DNA of 63,491 bases, the filler included, from Globobulimina sp. (taxonomy: Eukaryota): NCBI GenBank assembly GCA_003354225.1. It is 48 parts of 48 records of this genome, joined end to end, with 100 filler letters (N's around TTAATTAATTAA, not from the genome) between each part and the next. Parts side by side here need not be neighbours in the genome. Positions count along the whole stretch, not along the records: positions 60,944 to 62,167 come from PIVH01020645.1; positions 62,268 to 63,491 come from PIVH01020646.1; 46 more parts are not named here. One strand, written 5' to 3'. A program made the translations under genes and the position numbers. The notes beneath the pieces were generated by a model. It was not told the origin of the DNA, did no database searches, and saw only the letters and a program-made list of their open reading frames with translations. This document shows, one piece after another, positions 61,753-63,491 of this stretch; position 1 is the first letter of the stretch, and every line of letters starts with the position of its first letter.

Positions 61753-62167
61753 ATGACAACCCCACTCAAGTCCGATATTGAAATGCAAGTTGAAACACAA
61801 GAATTACAAAAAGAACAATCATGTGGTACTACATGGTGGTGTTATATTATATTTTTATGCTTTGGAATTGGTGTCTTATTTTATGAAATTTTACCACTTT
61901 ATGGAATTGTACCATTTTATGAAACTGAACGTATTTTGGTCATTAATTATAAAAACATTACTAATGATATCGATCTATTATCATTTATTCCAAAAGGAGT
62001 CATTCCAGAACTTGACAATGGATATATTAATTACACTGAGAATAAAGACATATTCCGTAAATCGCGAGTAATAACAGGCGATGTGTCATATTTTTGGCAT
62101 TTATTTCATAAAATATTGATTAAAAAAGAATGCATTCTCAGTTTGGTAATTGGTGGAAGTGTCAGTG
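61753..62167 (+). CDS. Type II membrane protein, possibly an SGNH hydrolase, truncated
   Basis: N-terminal TM; ends at LVIGGSVS (SGNH block I-like). Confidence 0.45.
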
Positions 62168-62430
62168 NNNNNNNNNNNNNNNNNNNNNNNNNNNNNNNNN
62201 NNNNNNNNNNNTTAATTAATTAANNNNNNNNNNNNNNNNNNNNNNNNNNNNNNNNNNNNNNNNNNNNGTTTTTGTTGATTGAGATTATATGCAAATGCTG
62301 TCAAAGTAAAAAAAGTCCATAATGTCAACATGAAAGCCATTTTGCTCGAGAGTTTATAATGATAACTAGCTTACTTCGTGAAAATCCTAAAATCACTATT
62401 ATCGCCTGCTAGATCACATAATATCAGTAC

Positions 62431-62868
62431 TTGACGATGCAAAATATTAACATTTTAGATCCAAACTTAGGTGCAACTCATCCAACATTAGTGCCATGGG
62501 TGCAAGGAATGAAAAACGCAGGTTATTCGAATGAACAAATACAAATGTATTTTAGACAGCAAATGACGGCACACATGCAAGGACAACAAGCAACTCAACA
62601 ACAAGCAGCACCACAACCCATTTCGAAGCACAGTATTAAATTGACGATGCAAAATATTAACAATATTAACATTTTAGATCCAAATTTAGGTGCAACTCAT
62701 CCGACATTAGTGCCATGGGTTCAAGGAATGAAGAACGCAGGTTATTCGAATGAACAAATACAAGTGTATTTTAGACAGCTACTGGCGGCACACATGCAAG
62801 GACAACCACCTCCTCCACCACCACAACAACAACTTATACAAAATCACTCTGTTCATCGTATGTACTAA
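62431..62868 (+). CDS. Protein with two near-identical repeats of about 55 aa and Q/P-rich linkers
   Basis: TMQNINILDPNLGATHPTLVPWVQGMKNAGYSNEQIQ.YFRQ starting at 62431 and 62641. Confidence 0.55.
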   Translation: MTMQNINILDPNLGATHPTLVPWVQGMKNAGYSNEQIQMYFRQQMTAHMQGQQATQQQAAPQPISKHSIKLTMQNINNINILDPNLGATHPTLVPWVQGMKNAGYSNEQIQVYFRQLLAAHMQGQPPPPPPQQQLIQNHSVHRMY

Positions 62869-62924
62869 ACACAAAACGCAAAATACTTTCATTTGTTCCA
62901 CATTCGGAAATTTTTAAACAGTGC

Positions 62925-63431
62925 TTGCTTGATTTTTGTACAGCACCAAGTCCTATTGATAATACAGGTGAAATCGCACAGTTTGCATCCAAGTCACCAA
63001 AGAATGGAAAGCGTATTAAAAGGAAAAGGAAATTGAGTGAGTTGGTTGATGTTGAGAATGGAAGTCCTGCCAAAAAGATTAAATTAACAAATTATAAACA
63101 AGAAAATGCAGCATTGAGGCAGGAAAATGAAATATTAAAAAAGCGGATAGATGCGATGGAAAACAATAATTTACATCCAATGAATTTTGATGAATTGAAT
63201 CAGCTGAAAATAAAAATGCAAAACAAAATAAAACTGATTGAAGAAGCGGAGAAACAATTAATTGATAATACATATAAATGTGTTGCCTGTATGGATAATG
63301 CAAAAAATATATCATTTGCGGATGGCTGTACTCATATTGCACTATGTGACAAATGTGAAGCATCGTTAGAGTGTAAATTGTGTCCTTTGTGTCAAACACC
63401 ATATACAAATGTCAAGAAAATAAATTTCTAA
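62925..63431 (+). CDS. Coiled-coil + C3HC4 RING protein
   Basis: Basic NLS-like KRIKRKRK; CVAC...GCTHIALCDKC...CPLC. Confidence 0.85.
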   Translation: MLDFCTAPSPIDNTGEIAQFASKSPKNGKRIKRKRKLSELVDVENGSPAKKIKLTNYKQENAALRQENEILKKRIDAMENNNLHPMNFDELNQLKIKMQNKIKLIEEAEKQLIDNTYKCVACMDNAKNISFADGCTHIALCDKCEASLECKLCPLCQTPYTNVKKINF

Positions 63432-63491
63432 AGCAATTGACTTTTTAGGCTTAAACTTCTAAACACTTCTTTTGTGATTGGCAAGGTTTTT

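Noticed and set aside
1227-62267. Regularly spaced TTAATTAATTAA as a biological repeat or CRISPR-like array
   Set aside because: It is always embedded in N runs and has stops in all six frames: an assembly or concatenation linker.

Overview
This window is not a continuous locus. It is 48 unrelated short contigs of 1226, 1225 and then 1224 bp (apparently sorted by length), joined by an artificial 100-nt linker (N44-TTAATTAATTAA-N44), so adjacency across linkers carries no biological meaning. Most contigs come from an AT-rich, gene-dense eukaryote using the standard code, with mostly short (65-77 nt) GT-AG introns. The style suggests a rhizarian or foraminiferan protist, but that is inference. 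Recognisable eukaryotic genes include GnT-I/MGAT1, a PI3/4-kinase, an alpha-carbonic anhydrase, an ICL1-type centrin, a sirtuin, a heparanase-like GH79, an ATG27/MPR-like lectin, a SET methyltransferase, USPs, RNA Pol III RPC2, a Deg protease, and RING, PH, CAP-Gly and EF-hand proteins. Also present are two LINE fragments, a DIRS/Crypton-type tyrosine recombinase, one long-intron contig (ASCC3 exon) and several bacterial fragments (ParA-CBM48 fusion, STAND NTPase, YcaQ, PAS sensor). One fold-back inversion and two eukaryote/bacterium junctions point to whole-genome-amplification chimeras. The best candidate for an undescribed system is a bacterial ParA/Soj ATPase fused to a glycogen-binding CBM48 module, possibly a glycogen-granule positioning ATPase. 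The next is a eukaryotic Tudor-like + HNH + SAM nuclease.
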